A stretch of DNA of 64,000 nt from an uncultured Phycisphaerales bacterium (GCA_963772725.1 CAVYYI010000003.1:448001-512000); one strand, 5' to 3'. Shown: positions 11,446-22,787, numbered from the stretch's first letter. Notes: generated from the letters alone by a model not told the origin. Numbers and translations: made by a program.

Positions 11446-12971
11446 TATTTAATTTGGTCCTTTTGCCGGGTGATTTTTTTATAATTGTTCATCGCCGCCG
11501 TTATTTTTCCCACCAGCTCATCGCTCAGCTTACTGGTTTTGTTTATTTCATCGATATACTCCGCGTGTTCTTTATTCAGCCAGCCGATGAACGCCGTCAT
11601 AAATTCACTAACTTGGCCAACGGGTACGTCATCAAGCATGCCCACGGTTCCAGCCAGAATAGTAACGACTTGTCCACCCACGCTTATCGGCGAAAATTGC
11701 GGCTGTTTAAGCAATTGGACCATTCTCGCACCTCTGTCGAGCTGAAGCTGCGCCGCGGGATCAAGCTCCGTGCCAAGCCTTGCGAAATTCTGAAGTTCGC
11801 AGAACGCCGCCAGGTCAAGCCTTAGTTTCGATGCCACTTTTTTCATCGCGTCAACCTGGGCATTGCCGCCGACGCGGCTGACGCTCATGCCTACATCCAC
11901 GGCCGGACGAATACCGGCATAGAACAAATCTTTTTGAAGATATATCTGCCCGTCTGTAATTGAGATAACATTTGTCGGAATATAGGCGGAAATCTGACCT
12001 TCGAGAGTTTCTACGATGGGAAGGGCCGTCAATGAGCCGCCCCCAAGTTTTTCCGACAATTTCGCGCTGCGCTCGAGCAGTCTGCTGTGCAGATAGAAAA
12101 TATCGCCCGGATACGCCTCGCGTCCCGGAGGCCTGCGAAGCAGAAGACTCAACTGCCTGTAAGCAATGGCGTGCTTACTCAAATCGTCATACACGCACAA
12201 CGTATCGCGATGCTGTTCATACATAAAGTACTCCGCCATCGCGCAGCCGGAATAAGGTGCGATGTACTGCATCGGTGCGCTGTCACCCGCGGAGGCGGCA
12301 ATTACAATCGTGTAGTCCATTGCCCCGAATCTTTTCAGCGTATCCACAACCTCCGCAATGGTAGATTCCTTTTGGCCTATCGCGACATAAACACAAATAA
12401 CGTTGCTGTTCTTCTGATTTATTATCGTATCTATCGCGATTGCGGTTTTGCCGGTTTTGCGGTCGCCGATGATAAGTTCCCGCTGCCCTCTTCCAATCGG
12501 TATCATAGAGTCGATACACTTAAGCCCTGTTTGCAGCGGCTGCTTAACCGGCTGACGATGAACTATTCCAGGCGCTTCTGACTCAATGAATCTCATCGCG
12601 GAGGATTTGATTGCCGGCCCACCATCGAGCGGCTGGCATAGCGGATTGATTACTCGTCCCAGCAACTCATTGCACACAGGGATAGACATCAGCCTGCCGG
12701 TCGTATGCACATCCGAGCCTTCCTTGACCTTGGTATAATCTCCGTAAATAACCGCTCCGACCGAATCTTCCTCCAGATTGAACACCTCTCCGAATACATT
12801 ATTCTCGAACTGAAGCGTTTCGCCGACCATCGCGTCGTTGAGTCCGAATATCCTGGCAATCCCGTCTCCAATTTCCACAACCTGTCCGACCTTCGAGACA
12901 TCCAGCTTGTTTTTGTACTGGCTTATCTCCTGTTTGAGGATATTCATTATTTCCGTTACGTCATATTTCAT
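11445..12971 (-). CDS. atpA: ATP synthase F1 alpha subunit
   Basis: '[17 protein letters not shown]', '[23 protein letters not shown]'. Confidence 0.98.
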   Translation of the reverse strand: MKYDVTEIMNILKQEISQYKNKLDVSKVGQVVEIGDGIARIFGLNDAMVGETLQFENNVFGEVFNLEEDSVGAVIYGDYTKVKEGSDVHTTGRLMSIPVCNELLGRVINPLCQPLDGGPAIKSSAMRFIESEAPGIVHRQPVKQPLQTGLKCIDSMIPIGRGQRELIIGDRKTGKTAIAIDTIINQKNSNVICVYVAIGQKESTIAEVVDTLKRFGAMDYTIVIAASAGDSAPMQYIAPYSGCAMAEYFMYEQHRDTLCVYDDLSKHAIAYRQLSLLLRRPPGREAYPGDIFYLHSRLLERSAKLSEKLGGGSLTALPIVETLEGQISAYIPTNVISITDGQIYLQKDLFYAGIRPAVDVGMSVSRVGGNAQVDAMKKVASKLRLDLAAFCELQNFARLGTELDPAAQLQLDRGARMVQLLKQPQFSPISVGGQVVTILAGTVGMLDDVPVGQVSEFMTAFIGWLNKEHAEYIDEINKTSKLSDELVGKITAAMNNYKKITRQKDQIK

Positions 12972-13530
12972 TTGTTCTTCCTCTGCGTGTTATGCTTTTA
13001 ACTGTGAGTTGTAATCTGGTTTTAACCGTATTATCAATTACTTTGTCGTCATAACGAATTTCTATGCCGCCGATAATGTCAGGTTTTACTCTCACTTCAA
13101 GTACAACTTCCCTGTTTAATTTTTCCGCAATTTGCTTTGCTATTTTTTCTGTCTCGGCCGGAGTTAGAGGTTTGGCGACAGTAACTTTTACCCGCTCTAT
13201 CGCATGACGCTCTTCCCATAGTTTCCGGTACGCCTCGCAGAACTGCGATAAAAACCTCAGCCGGCTATGCTGAGCGGCTACCATCAGCCAATTTAACGTA
13301 AGAGAATTAAACTTCCCGCCGAACATTTTAGACAGCAAAACTTTTTTATGCTCCTCATAAAAAAAGGGAGCGGTGATGGCGGTCTGGAAATCTCCCGATT
13401 GCCCGTGTACCTGGCATAGCACTTCTATATCGCCCATCACGGCATCGACACTATTCGCCTTTTCGGAAAGTTCAAACAGCGCCTGTGCGTAGATTTCTGC
13501 CAATATCAGGATTTTATTATCGGTAATCAT
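12961..13530 (-). CDS. atpH: ATP synthase delta subunit
   Basis: 'YAQALFEL', '[20 protein letters not shown]'. Confidence 0.92.
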   Translation of the reverse strand: MITDNKILILAEIYAQALFELSEKANSVDAVMGDIEVLCQVHGQSGDFQTAITAPFFYEEHKKVLLSKMFGGKFNSLTLNWLMVAAQHSRLRFLSQFCEAYRKLWEERHAIERVKVTVAKPLTPAETEKIAKQIAEKLNREVVLEVRVKPDIIGGIEIRYDDKVIDNTVKTRLQLTVKSITRRGRTNEI

Positions 13531-13550
13531 ATGTTAAAATTCAAAATCGT

Positions 13551-14102
13551 TCACTCTTTGATTTTGTCGAGAGCTTCCTGTACCATTTTCTGAGTGTCGT
13601 TATCATCTATTTTTCGTCCGAGGACCTGGCTGCCAAGCGTCAACACAATATCGCCTGCCTGTTTCCATAATTGGTCTGTCGCCGCTTTTCGAGCGTGTTC
13701 AATGTCTTCACTGGCTTGGCGCCGTATCCCAAGTACTTCCTGTCTGGCTTTTTCTGTAAGCTCCTGCTCGTGGCGGATTGCCCTGTCGGTCGCCTCTTTA
13801 ATAATCTGCAAACCCTGCTCTTTTGATTCTTCAAGCATCTTTTTCGCAAGCATTCGAGCCTTTTCTGCGTCTTCTATCTGCTGCTGAATATGCTTTTCCC
13901 TCACGTTCAGCCCATTGAGTATGGGTTTCCATGCGACTTTGCCCAGGACTATCATCAGCACAACAAAGGCTATCACTGTCCATAACGCGTCGGCAAACGT
14001 ACCGCTGAAAATGCCCGGGTTCTCCGCCGCATGCCCTTCTTCTGCACAAAACGCCGCGGAACAAATGCACAGCGTGAACAAAATTATGGTTATTGTTTTC
14101 AT
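13551..14102 (-). CDS. atpF: ATP synthase Fo b subunit
   Basis: 'WTVIAFVVLMIVLGKVAWKPIL...RE' followed by coiled coil. Confidence 0.9.
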   Translation of the reverse strand: MKTITIILFTLCICSAAFCAEEGHAAENPGIFSGTFADALWTVIAFVVLMIVLGKVAWKPILNGLNVREKHIQQQIEDAEKARMLAKKMLEESKEQGLQIIKEATDRAIRHEQELTEKARQEVLGIRRQASEDIEHARKAATDQLWKQAGDIVLTLGSQVLGRKIDDNDTQKMVQEALDKIKE

Positions 14103-14107
14103 CTTTT

Positions 14108-14377
14108 TTAGAATTTCTGCGTAGTGAATAGACAAATCAGCAACGCAAAGAACGTAATACCTTCCACAAGCGCCGCCGCGATAATCATCGCCGAGAAGAT
14201 GCGTCCGCCCGCTTCGGGCTGACGGGCAATCGATTCGACCGCTTTGCTGCCGATTAAGCCGATTCCAAATGCGGCACCGACAATTATTATACTGCAGCCG
14301 ATTGTTGCTCCGAACAACGCCAGTCCAGAACTCGTGCCTTCTACCGCTGCCAACATGTTACCTGCCAAATTAACCAT
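14108..14377 (-). CDS. atpE: ATP synthase Fo c subunit (likely H+-type)
   Basis: 'ARQPEA' loop; essential Glu in 'ALVEGITF', lacking the EST Na+-binding signature. Confidence 0.95.
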   Translation of the reverse strand: MVNLAGNMLAAVEGTSSGLALFGATIGCSIIIVGAAFGIGLIGSKAVESIARQPEAGGRIFSAMIIAAALVEGITFFALLICLFTTQKF

Positions 14378-14405
14378 TGTTTTTCAAACCTCCAAAAATA
14401 AAATT

Positions 14406-15230
14406 TTAATGTTCCGGCGCAATTGATGAGCCTATATAAAGTGCAGTCAAAAACGCGAATATGTATGCCTGCACAAACGCTACAAGTAATTCCAGAAACG
14501 AAAGCACCACCACGCTTACAACAGACGCCGCCGCCACACCGTAGTTCTTGAAAATAAATATCAAACCCAGAAAAGTTCCCAGCAGCATGTGCCCTGCCAC
14601 GATATTGGCAAAAAGACGAATAGCCAGTGTGAACGGCCTGATAAACGAGCTTAGGATTTCCAGAAAGTAAATAAACGGCATTATCCACCATGGTACCGGC
14701 GGAGCGAAATTCGCCAGATAGTGCCAAAGCCCCTGTTCCCTGATGCCGTAAAAGTGAAAAGCGAAAAATGACACAATCGCCATTCCACCCGTAATCCAGA
14801 TATTCGCCGTGGCAGGCCCCCCAATGCCGTTTTCCCTTCCAGTAATCAAATACACGATTTTTTCCGATGGAATCATCCCCAGCAGATTAAGGGTTAAAAT
14901 AAAAAAGAATACAGTCCAGACGAACCCTACGTAATGGTCGGTATGTTCGCCCATCAACGGCCTTGCGACTTCCTCACGCAAATACACGCACACCGATTCA
15001 ATCAGATTCTTAAACCCACGCGGAACCAGCCCTTTCGACCGCGCAGCCATCGGAATAAAAATCAGCAGCAGCGCCATCGCAATCGCCACCGTGAACATGT
15101 GATTACTCACAATGATATGCCACGACCCGACTGAAAACGTGAACAGAGGTACCGGCAACAGAGGTTTAATCGGGTCAAACTCCGCCAATAAAACTGGATA
15201 TAGTCCGTTCAAACTCAAAAGCAACCTCAA
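14406..15230 (-). CDS. atpB: ATP synthase Fo a subunit
   Basis: 'RPFTLAIRLFANIVAGH', 'ELLVAFVQAYIF'. Confidence 0.95.
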   Translation of the reverse strand: MRLLLSLNGLYPVLLAEFDPIKPLLPVPLFTFSVGSWHIIVSNHMFTVAIAMALLLIFIPMAARSKGLVPRGFKNLIESVCVYLREEVARPLMGEHTDHYVGFVWTVFFFILTLNLLGMIPSEKIVYLITGRENGIGGPATANIWITGGMAIVSFFAFHFYGIREQGLWHYLANFAPPVPWWIMPFIYFLEILSSFIRPFTLAIRLFANIVAGHMLLGTFLGLIFIFKNYGVAAASVVSVVVLSFLELLVAFVQAYIFAFLTALYIGSSIAPEH

Positions 15231-15231
15231 T

Positions 15232-15609
15232 TTAACATTTTCTGTTTAGTATTCGCACAAAAACCCAAACTTCTATTATCAGGATAACCAGGTAAAACAG
15301 CGCCGTCCAGGCGGTGAACCACAGTATATCAGGTTTTATGAAAAAAATGATTATAGCGACCCCGCCGAACATTATCAACAGTCTTATCGCGCCGGCGGCA
15401 AGAACAGTAACCGTCGACAGCGGCACACGCGACAAATGAGCATATACTAAAGGAATAACACTGCCGCAAACCGCTATTCCGCTTACCAGAACCGCCCAAA
15501 CACAGCCCGCAAAGGCTACTCGTCCTATCAAAATACTGACGCAAAGACAGGCCGCAAATACTGCCCCGACAATTAACAGCAGTATCCCGCATATTTTACC
15601 CGCGTTCAA
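15232..15609 (-). CDS. ATP synthase protein I-like 4-TM accessory protein
   Basis: Four hydrophobic helices, directly upstream of atpB. Confidence 0.6.
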   Translation of the reverse strand: MNAGKICGILLLIVGAVFAACLCVSILIGRVAFAGCVWAVLVSGIAVCGSVIPLVYAHLSRVPLSTVTVLAAGAIRLLIMFGGVAIIIFFIKPDILWFTAWTALFYLVILIIEVWVFVRILNRKC

Positions 15610-15632
15610 AACAGCACCCCATTAAATTGTTT

Positions 15633-15863
15633 CTATTTGCCTCGAAGGTTCCATACCTCTTTTAGAATTGTGTACATCATACCGGCGAAACCGAAAAAAA
15701 AGCCCGCTATAAAAAGCCACGGCTTGGTGTTTAACCTCTCATCGAGCTTATACCCGATATAGCAGAATACCCCTATAACCGCGCAAAATTCAATCCCGAA
15801 GCCGAACCATTTCCCGTAACTCAGCCTGTCTTTATCCTGCTTTGGATTATCCTGCTGACCCAT
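15633..15863 (-). CDS. AtpZ/AtpI-family 2-TM protein
   Basis: 'GYKLDERLNTKPWLFIAGFFFGFAG' motif; first gene of the atp operon; start placed at MGQQD. Confidence 0.8.
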   Translation of the reverse strand: MGQQDNPKQDKDRLSYGKWFGFGIEFCAVIGVFCYIGYKLDERLNTKPWLFIAGFFFGFAGMMYTILKEVWNLRGK

Positions 15864-16070
15864 AAAAACTTTTCTGAAACCAGACTCCCAAAAAGATTTT
15901 CCTGCAAACACTTCGGATATTAAGCGCAGCCCCCCAATATGCAACAATTCTTCCGCTCAAAACCGCGGAAAGCCTGAGCCTTCCGATGAATAAAAAGTAA
16001 AAACCCCTTTGAAAAATTCCTGAAACAGAGGCTGACTCAGCAAAAGTCAGCCCCAAATTTTTTCTATGTA

Positions 16071-17195
16071 TACTGCTTACGATTGAGTTTTCCTGTTTTT
16101 ATGCGGCTTGAATGTGAAAGTTTTCTGTCAGTAATGCTCTCAATTCCGGCAAATATTTCTTTCTCTTCCGGAAAAAGCTCTCACATGCTCGCTTGAATTC
16201 CCCAAACGTTTCATAGTAGCGATTGTTCAGCACTTTTTTCTTAAAAAACTTCCAGTACCGCTCAATCAGATTCAGATTCGGCGAATATGGCGGCAAAAAT
16301 ATCAATTTGATTTTCGTCCCCTCGGTATACTCTTTTAACAAACGTGAACGATAATATCGAGCATTGTCAACAATGATATAAATCCTTTTGGCCTCCGGAT
16401 GTTTTGCTTCGATCTTAGAGAACAAATCAATGGTCGAATTCGGCATTGATCGTGTCATAAAACCCTGTCGTTGGCTCCAGCGTTTCGATGTTAATCGCAC
16501 CATTGATATTCAATCGCTGGCGGCCGCAGTTGGCTTTGAGTTCTTTTTCCTTTCCCGTCTTAATCCAGCCATAAGAAGGAATGCTGTTGTGCTGCGGATG
16601 GGTGGCATCGGCGAAATAAATTGGGTCGTTTTGACTTTTGCTTGCTTTGAGTCTGTTCATATTCTTCGAGAAATGCCTGTTGTTTGACGGGGTCTTGTTT
16701 ACCGGGAACATGTGTCGGCTTCTTGTAGGAAAATCCAAGGCGATGCAGTAAATCGGTAACTCCGCTGACGGAGTAATGGACCACATACTGTTGATAGATA
16801 TGAGCGATAACCGATTTGGCATCGGGGAAAATATGTTCTTCGAGATATGCCTCAAGTTCGCTCATTTGATGTTCATCGAGTTTCGGTTCTGCGCCGGGAT
16901 AGTGGTCATCCAGCAATGCCGGATACCGCCTTGCTGATAGCGTTCAAAATAGTTCCGGGATGTTTTCTCGTCAAAAAGAAGAATCTCGGCGACCTGAGCC
17001 GCCGGCCATCCCTTTGGATAAAGCAATGACCGCTTTGACGCGGTCGGCCTGACGCTTATCACGCAACGAACGATGCAATGCCTCCAGTTCAGCTATTTTT
17101 TCTTTTGACAACTTATAATCCTTCATATACCCTCTTTATCGGACAGAAGGTGCTTTTTGATTGAAAATTACGGGATTTTTCAATCAAGAGCAGTA
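16071..17195 (-). mobile_element. IS630-family insertion sequence (~1125 bp)
   Basis: Imperfect TIRs TACTGCTTACGATTGA (16071) and rc TACTGCTCTTGATTGA (17195), flanked by TA at 16069-70 and 17196-97. Confidence 0.88.
16099..17126 (-). CDS. IS630 transposase (frameshifted into about 4 pieces)
   Basis: HTH N-terminus; 'LGFSYKKP'; DDE-region motifs 'YFAD', 'IVDNARYY', 'LPPYSPNLNLIERYW'. Confidence 0.9.
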
Positions 17196-17242
17196 TAACA
17201 ATATAAAAAACTTTCTTCTTCGATGTTTTTGTCAAAAAAAGC

Positions 17243-18838
17243 TTACTCGAAATTCTTCGGGTCTTCGAGTGCTTTTCTAACCAAGTCAAGGAACTGGGCC
17301 GCGTAGGCACCATTGGCTACCTTGTGGTCAACTGAAAGGGTCATATTCATAAGCTTGCGCACGAGGATATTGCCGTTGCTTGGGATGCAGGTATCGGTAA
17401 TTCTGCCTATGCCGAGAATGCTGGCTTGGCCGGGGACGACTATCGGAATGAAGGAATCTATTCCGAAAGCTCCGAGATTGCTGATTGTGATACAGCCGCC
17501 TTCAAGGTCGGTAAGGGCCAGTGAGTTTGTGCGGGCTTTTTCAATCAAAACCTGAGTGTCCGCTGAAATCTGCATCGCGGTCTTTTTCTGTGTGTCCTTA
17601 ACTATCGGAGCAATCAGTCCATCAGGAACCGAAATCGCCAGGCCGATATTGATACTGTCCGCGAGCTTGATTGTATCGCCGTTGAGTTGGCCGGTCATAA
17701 TGGGGAAATGTTCCAAACCAATCGCGACCGCGCGGATAATGAAATCGTTGTATGCGACTTTGACTTTATTGGCCTCGTTGAATTTCGTCCTGAAATCAAC
17801 TAAATCTGTAACATCGACTTTCACACTCAGATAAAAGCATGGAATTTCCAGTTTGGATTGAAGCATTCTTTGAGCCGTAATTTTTTGCAGACGATTGACC
17901 GCTATGGTGCTTCCGAGTTTTACATCGCCGCTTGCGACCGCTGGAGCAGATTTAGCCGCTGGCCTTACCTGTCCGGTCTTAACATCTTTTTCAGTGATTC
18001 TGCCCATCGGCCCGGTGCCGACTATGGAGGCTAAGTCGATACCCATATTTTTGGCGGCTTTTTTAGCTCGTGGGGAGGCCATAATTCTGCCGGTTGCTTT
18101 GGTCTGTACAGCCATTGGTTTTGCCGCTTGGACAGTTGGGGCAGCCGAAGGAGTTGGCTCTGTAACCGTTGAGCCGCCTTTGAGTGAATCGATAAAGTTT
18201 TGCGGAATTTGTGTATCTTTTGGGGCTAAAATCATAAGTGAATCGCCGACGGGGAGGGTCTGGCCGATCTGGGCGACGATGTATTTCACAAAACCAGCGG
18301 AGGGGGATTCCATTTCGAGGGTGGCTTTATCGGTTTCAATTTCAAAAAGCACATCGCCTCTTTTAACCTCATCGCCAACTTTAACCAGGCAATTGACAAT
18401 GGTACCTTCTTCCATAGTCTGACCGAGTTTGGCGAGCTTTATAACATTGACACCCGCTGGAGCTTCAACTTTAGCGGCGACATTTGAAGTCGTAGCCGCC
18501 GGAGCTGGGGTAGCAACTTCACCGACCGCAATAGAAAGAATATTCACCGCGGAAAGTTCGGCAGTTCCAGCCGGTAAGGAAGTGACATCGACCTTTTCAT
18601 CCTTGCCGCCGAGAATCATCATCATATCGCCGACCGGCAGAGTCTGCCCAAGCCCAGCGACAATCTGCTTTACAAAACCTGCCGCGGGCGATTCCATCTC
18701 GAGCGTCGCCTTATCGGTTTCAACCTCAAAAATCACATGACCTCTTTTTACTTCGTCGCCGACTTTGACTAGACAATTGACAATCGTGCCTTCTTCCATC
18801 GTCTGGCCGAGTTTCGGTAATTTCACTTCTTTTGCCAT
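17243..18838 (-). CDS. 2-oxoacid dehydrogenase E2, dihydrolipoamide acyltransferase with two lipoyl domains
   Basis: Two 'ETDKATLEMES' lipoyl motifs, E3-binding 'ASPRAKK...GTGPMGRI', catalytic 'SVDHKVANG'. Confidence 0.93.
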   Translation of the reverse strand: MAKEVKLPKLGQTMEEGTIVNCLVKVGDEVKRGHVIFEVETDKATLEMESPAAGFVKQIVAGLGQTLPVGDMMMILGGKDEKVDVTSLPAGTAELSAVNILSIAVGEVATPAPAATTSNVAAKVEAPAGVNVIKLAKLGQTMEEGTIVNCLVKVGDEVKRGDVLFEIETDKATLEMESPSAGFVKYIVAQIGQTLPVGDSLMILAPKDTQIPQNFIDSLKGGSTVTEPTPSAAPTVQAAKPMAVQTKATGRIMASPRAKKAAKNMGIDLASIVGTGPMGRITEKDVKTGQVRPAAKSAPAVASGDVKLGSTIAVNRLQKITAQRMLQSKLEIPCFYLSVKVDVTDLVDFRTKFNEANKVKVAYNDFIIRAVAIGLEHFPIMTGQLNGDTIKLADSINIGLAISVPDGLIAPIVKDTQKKTAMQISADTQVLIEKARTNSLALTDLEGGCITISNLGAFGIDSFIPIVVPGQASILGIGRITDTCIPSNGNILVRKLMNMTLSVDHKVANGAYAAQFLDLVRKALEDPKNFE

Positions 18839-18872
18839 TTATATATCATCTCCATTTTTGCGAGGATAAATT

Positions 18873-21124
18873 TTAACCTTTCACCATTGCCTTGACAGCT
18901 TCGACAATTTTATCGACACTTGGAATACTTGCCAACTCCAGAGGCTCGCTCATCGGCGGCGGAACATCCGCGGCGGCAAGATTCACCGGCGCGGCGTCAA
19001 GATAATCAAACCCGCGGTGCCGTCTTTGAACTTGTATTCCATATACTGGCCGGTTACTTCTCTACCCGACGCCGCACATACCAAAGCCTTCGCTGACCGT
19101 AACCAGCTTGCCGGTCTTTCGCACTGAATCCGCGACTGTGTTAATATCCAGCGGCTTGAGCGTGCGAAAGTCGATAACTTCGGCATCGATGCCGTGCTTT
19201 GGCAAGTATTTTTGCGGCTTGCAATGCCCACATCGCCATACTGCTGTAGCTGACGATCGTAACATCCTTGCCGTGTCTCTTGATATCCGCAACGCCAAGC
19301 GGGATCATATATTCGTCTGTCGGCACCGCACCAAGCTGGCCATAGGTGGCTTTATGCTCGATGAACACAACCGGATTATCGCTGCGAATAGCCGCCTTGA
19401 GCAATCCCTTCGCATCATACGGCGTCGAAGGCATCACAACATACAATCCCGGCACGTGCATCAGCCACGCTTCGAGCGATTCGCTGTGGTGAGCCGCGAT
19501 GCATCGGCCCACGCCGCCTTCGGTACGCAGCACCATCGGCACTTTCGCCTTGCCGCCGAACATATAGCGGTTATACGCGCCGTTGTGCACAAGCTGGTCC
19601 ATCGCGATAGTGATAAAGTCAACGTACATGATTTCCGCTATCGGCCTTAAACCTCGCAGTGCCGCGCCAACGGCCGCACCGGTGATCGCCGCTTCGGAGA
19701 TGGCGGTATCAATAACTCGGTCAGTGCCGAATTCCTTGAGCAGGCCTTTGCGTTGCGCTGTACGCCCCGCCGTAAAGTCCGACATCCTCACCCATCACGA
19801 TAACATTTTTATCCCTCCGCATTTCCTCCGCCTGGGCCAGCGTAACAGCCTGCGCCATATGTCAGAATATCCATCCCGAACTTGGCTTTGACATTCACCT
19901 TTGGCCTGGTCGGCGGTTTCTTTTTTGCTTTTGCCTGTTGGCTGTTGCCACTGCGTTTTCAAAAGCCATCGGTTGCCTTCATCACTTTTACCGCAGTCGC
20001 TTTTTCCGATTCAACCAGGCTTCCGGATAATGCTTCTTCCACATAAACATCTTTCGCCACATCCGCAGGATTTGGCATTGGGCTATCAATGGCGAACTTC
20101 GTCGCAGCTTCGATTGAGTTAAACGCCTTATCCTTTATCGCGTCAAGCTCCTGCTGCGTGCAGAGCTTGTCGTCAAGCAGTTTCTTCGAAAGCACGATAA
20201 TCGGGTCGCGATCATGCCATGCCTTTTCCTCATCTTTGGTGCGGTATTCGCGTGGGTCGCTTCTGCTGTGGCCGTACCACCGATAGGTCTTGGCCTCAAC
20301 CATAATAGTCTGATTCTCTGTTCTTGCGAGCATCCGCTGCTGAATGAACCGCCAGATACACCGCCACGACATCCTGCCCATCAACGATCATCGCCGGGAT
20401 ATTATAAGCGTAAGACCGTTCGGCTATATCGTCGATGTTGCTTGCCCTTACAGTGCCCTGCAACCGGGCTGCCTGAAAATGGCACGCTCATACCGTAAAG
20501 ATTATTTTCAATCATCGCTACCATCGGCACATTCAAAGCCGACGCCATATTCATTGATTCGTGGAACGTGCCGGTATTGGTTGAGCCATCGCCAAAGAAT
20601 GACACCACCACTTTGCCGGTCTTTTTGTATTTTTCCGCCAAAGCCGCGCCGACCGCCGGCGGCTGATTGCCGCCGACGATACCGGTTGAGCCTAGGTTAT
20701 TGCATTTATCGACTTCCGCGATGTGCATTGAGCCGCCTCTGCCTTTGCAGTAGCCGGTTTCTTTGCCCATCAGTTCAGCCATCATCTGGTTCCAGTGGTT
20801 CTGCCGTTCCTTGTCATTGTTGGCGTATTTGTTGCCGATCGCCCCGCAATGGCCATGACCGCGGTGGGTCGAGCCGATTACATCGCCTTGTTCCATCGCG
20901 GCGATAGCTCCGACTGCGACGGCTTCTTCGCCCGCATAAAGGTGCGATGCGCCTTTAATTATATTCTGACCGAGAAGGTCAAACACCTTTTCCTCAAAAA
21001 AGCGAATCTCGTAAATCGTCCGCAGCCAGTCATTGGCCTGCTCCAGTGTAATTATTCCGTCCTTTATAAGCGTCTTTAGCGGCGGAACTGGTTTTTTCCG
21101 GGTATCCTCAATGCAAAAATCCAT
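18873..21124 (-). CDS. TPP-dependent 2-oxoacid/acetoin dehydrogenase E1, probably fused alpha-beta (multiple frameshifts)
   Basis: Alpha: 'GRGGSMH', 'FFGDG..N', 'YRWYGHSRSD'. Beta: 'DTAISEA', 'AEIMYVDF', 'HSESLEAW'. A codon-like linker runs between them with no obvious intergenic gap. Confidence 0.8.
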
Positions 21125-21198
21125 ATCTTTAGCCCTTTCAATTTGCTACAAGGAATTATCAAAAAATAAAAAATGGAAACTCCTGTCAACAGCGGCAT

Positions 21199-21227
21199 AG
21201 TATAGCATACCACCCCATCGCGGGCAA
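21199..21227 (-). promoter_or_regulatory. Sigma-70-like promoter for the E1-E2 operon
   Basis: Minus strand TTGCCC-N17-TATACT with an extended TG. Confidence 0.55.
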
Positions 21228-21263
21228 TCAAAATCAGCCCCGAAAATCCCCCAATTTACACAG

Positions 21264-21293
21264 ATAAGAACAAAATCGAACATAATCGAACAA
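21264..21293. promoter_or_regulatory. Three 10-bp direct repeats, probable DeoR/GlpR-type operator
   Basis: ATAAGAACAA-AATCGAACAT-AATCGAACAA between the divergent promoters; the reverse complement contains TATGTTCGAT, a GlpR-like half-site. Confidence 0.65.
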
Positions 21294-21301
21294 TTTACGC
21301 C

Positions 21302-21329
21302 TTGACAAAAACAGCGTACAGCGTATAGT
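21302..21329 (+). promoter_or_regulatory. Sigma-70-like promoter for the DeoR gene
   Basis: TTGACA-N16-TATAGT. Confidence 0.65.
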
Positions 21330-21399
21330 TTAGAGGATAAGAGTTTTGAGTTATGAAAAATCAGTGAATTCAGCGTTTAATAAAAGTTAGAGAACGGCT

Positions 21400-22166
21400 A
21401 TGGGCATAGATGCCGAAGTAAGACATAAACATATTCTCCATCAGCTCCACTCCACCGGAAGAATCTGCGTTAAGGATGTCGCCCAAAGTTTTAACGTTAC
21501 AGAGGTAACCGTCAGAAGAGACCTTGCTTTCCTCGAAGAAAGCGGCCTGCTCAAAAAAACTTACGGCGGCGCTGTCCCCATCGCTCCAGAAGTCGAAACC
21601 TCTGTCCGCTATCGACAAAAACGCAGAATGGAAGCTAAAAAAATAATAGGTGAACTCGCGGCAAAACTGATTAAGGATGGCGACATAATCTATCTCGAGG
21701 CCGGCTCAACATGCAACGAGATTATCCCATACCTGGCCGATAAAAAGAACCTGACCATTATCGTCAATTCCCTTTACCTGATGCGCCGCCTCGGAGAACT
21801 GACCTCCCACAAGGTGGTAATTGTCGGCGGCCAGTATCGGCCCGAAAGAATGGATACCGTCGGTCCGGCGCCGAGGCCTCCATATCCCAGCTCAGCGGTT
21901 TCAAGGCCTTTACAAGCGCTGATGATATTTCAATAGAAACCGGAATCAGCGGCGCCGACGTCATTACGGTCGGCTTTGCAAAATTAGTCCTTAAACGCGC
22001 CAGCGAGGTTATCTTCGTCGGCGACAGCACAAAATTCGACAATCCCGCCCTCTACAAAATCGCCGACATCGACAGACTTAATTACATCGTTACTAACAGT
22101 AAGCCTTCCAAGCAATGGCACCACATCGCCAAAAGGAAAAACATCACCTTAATCTACCCTAAATAA
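21400..22166 (+). CDS. DeoR/GlpR-family transcriptional regulator (frameshift near 21870)
   Basis: 'VTEVTVRRDLAFLE..GLLKKTYGGA', 'IYLEAGST'; continues in another frame through 'VGDSTKF' to TAA at 22164-66. Confidence 0.9.
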
Positions 22167-22201
22167 TATCTTTCCTTTGCACCTGGGCAGGGAAAAATAA
22201 A

Positions 22202-22238
22202 AAAATGTCGCCGGATTTTTATACTCGGGCGACATTTT
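22202..22238. terminator. Probable bidirectional intrinsic terminator between convergent deoR and hsp20
   Basis: Inverted repeat AAAATGTCGCC...GGCGACATTTT with an adjacent A-run. Confidence 0.6.
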
Positions 22239-22275
22239 GTCGCTTCCCGGTATGTGTTGCGACATATTTACTGTG

Positions 22276-22716
22276 TTATTCTTCCTTGACTTTGATTTTT
22301 ACGGCTTTAGCTTTCTCTGATTTCGGCATAGTGATAGAGAGTATTCCGTCTTTGCATACCGCTGCTATCCTGCTCTGGTCAATTTCACTGGGCAGAGTCA
22401 TATCCCTTCTAAAGCTGCCATATATTCTCTCCGCATGATAGTAGCCTTTTTCTCTTTTTTCTTCTTCGCGTTTCTTTTCGCCGGTGATTGTCAGTATGTT
22501 GCCTCGAACGGAAATGTCTATATCATCGGCTTTGCAGCCTGGAATTTCAGCTTTAACCATTACCGAATCCTCGGTCTCTGAAACATCAATCGCCGGCCAG
22601 AGCGATTGTCCGGAGAATGGCTCAAGTCCGCCGAAAACAGAGCTGAACAAATCATCTACATAATCGTGGAAACGTGCCAATTCATTTCTTTCTTTTCTTG
22701 CTGGTAGAATTGACAT
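22276..22716 (-). CDS. Hsp20/alpha-crystallin small heat-shock protein
   Basis: 'WPAIDVSET', 'AEIPG', 'ERIYGSFRR', 'DGILSITMPK'; start MSILP after AAGGGG. Confidence 0.93.
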   Translation of the reverse strand: MSILPARKERNELARFHDYVDDLFSSVFGGLEPFSGQSLWPAIDVSETEDSVMVKAEIPGCKADDIDISVRGNILTITGEKKREEEKREKGYYHAERIYGSFRRDMTLPSEIDQSRIAAVCKDGILSITMPKSEKAKAVKIKVKEE

Positions 22717-22787
22717 AATAAACCCCTTTCTGGTCCATCGACCAATCTGAACTGAGTTTTTTATTCTTAACTCTACTTTACTAATAC

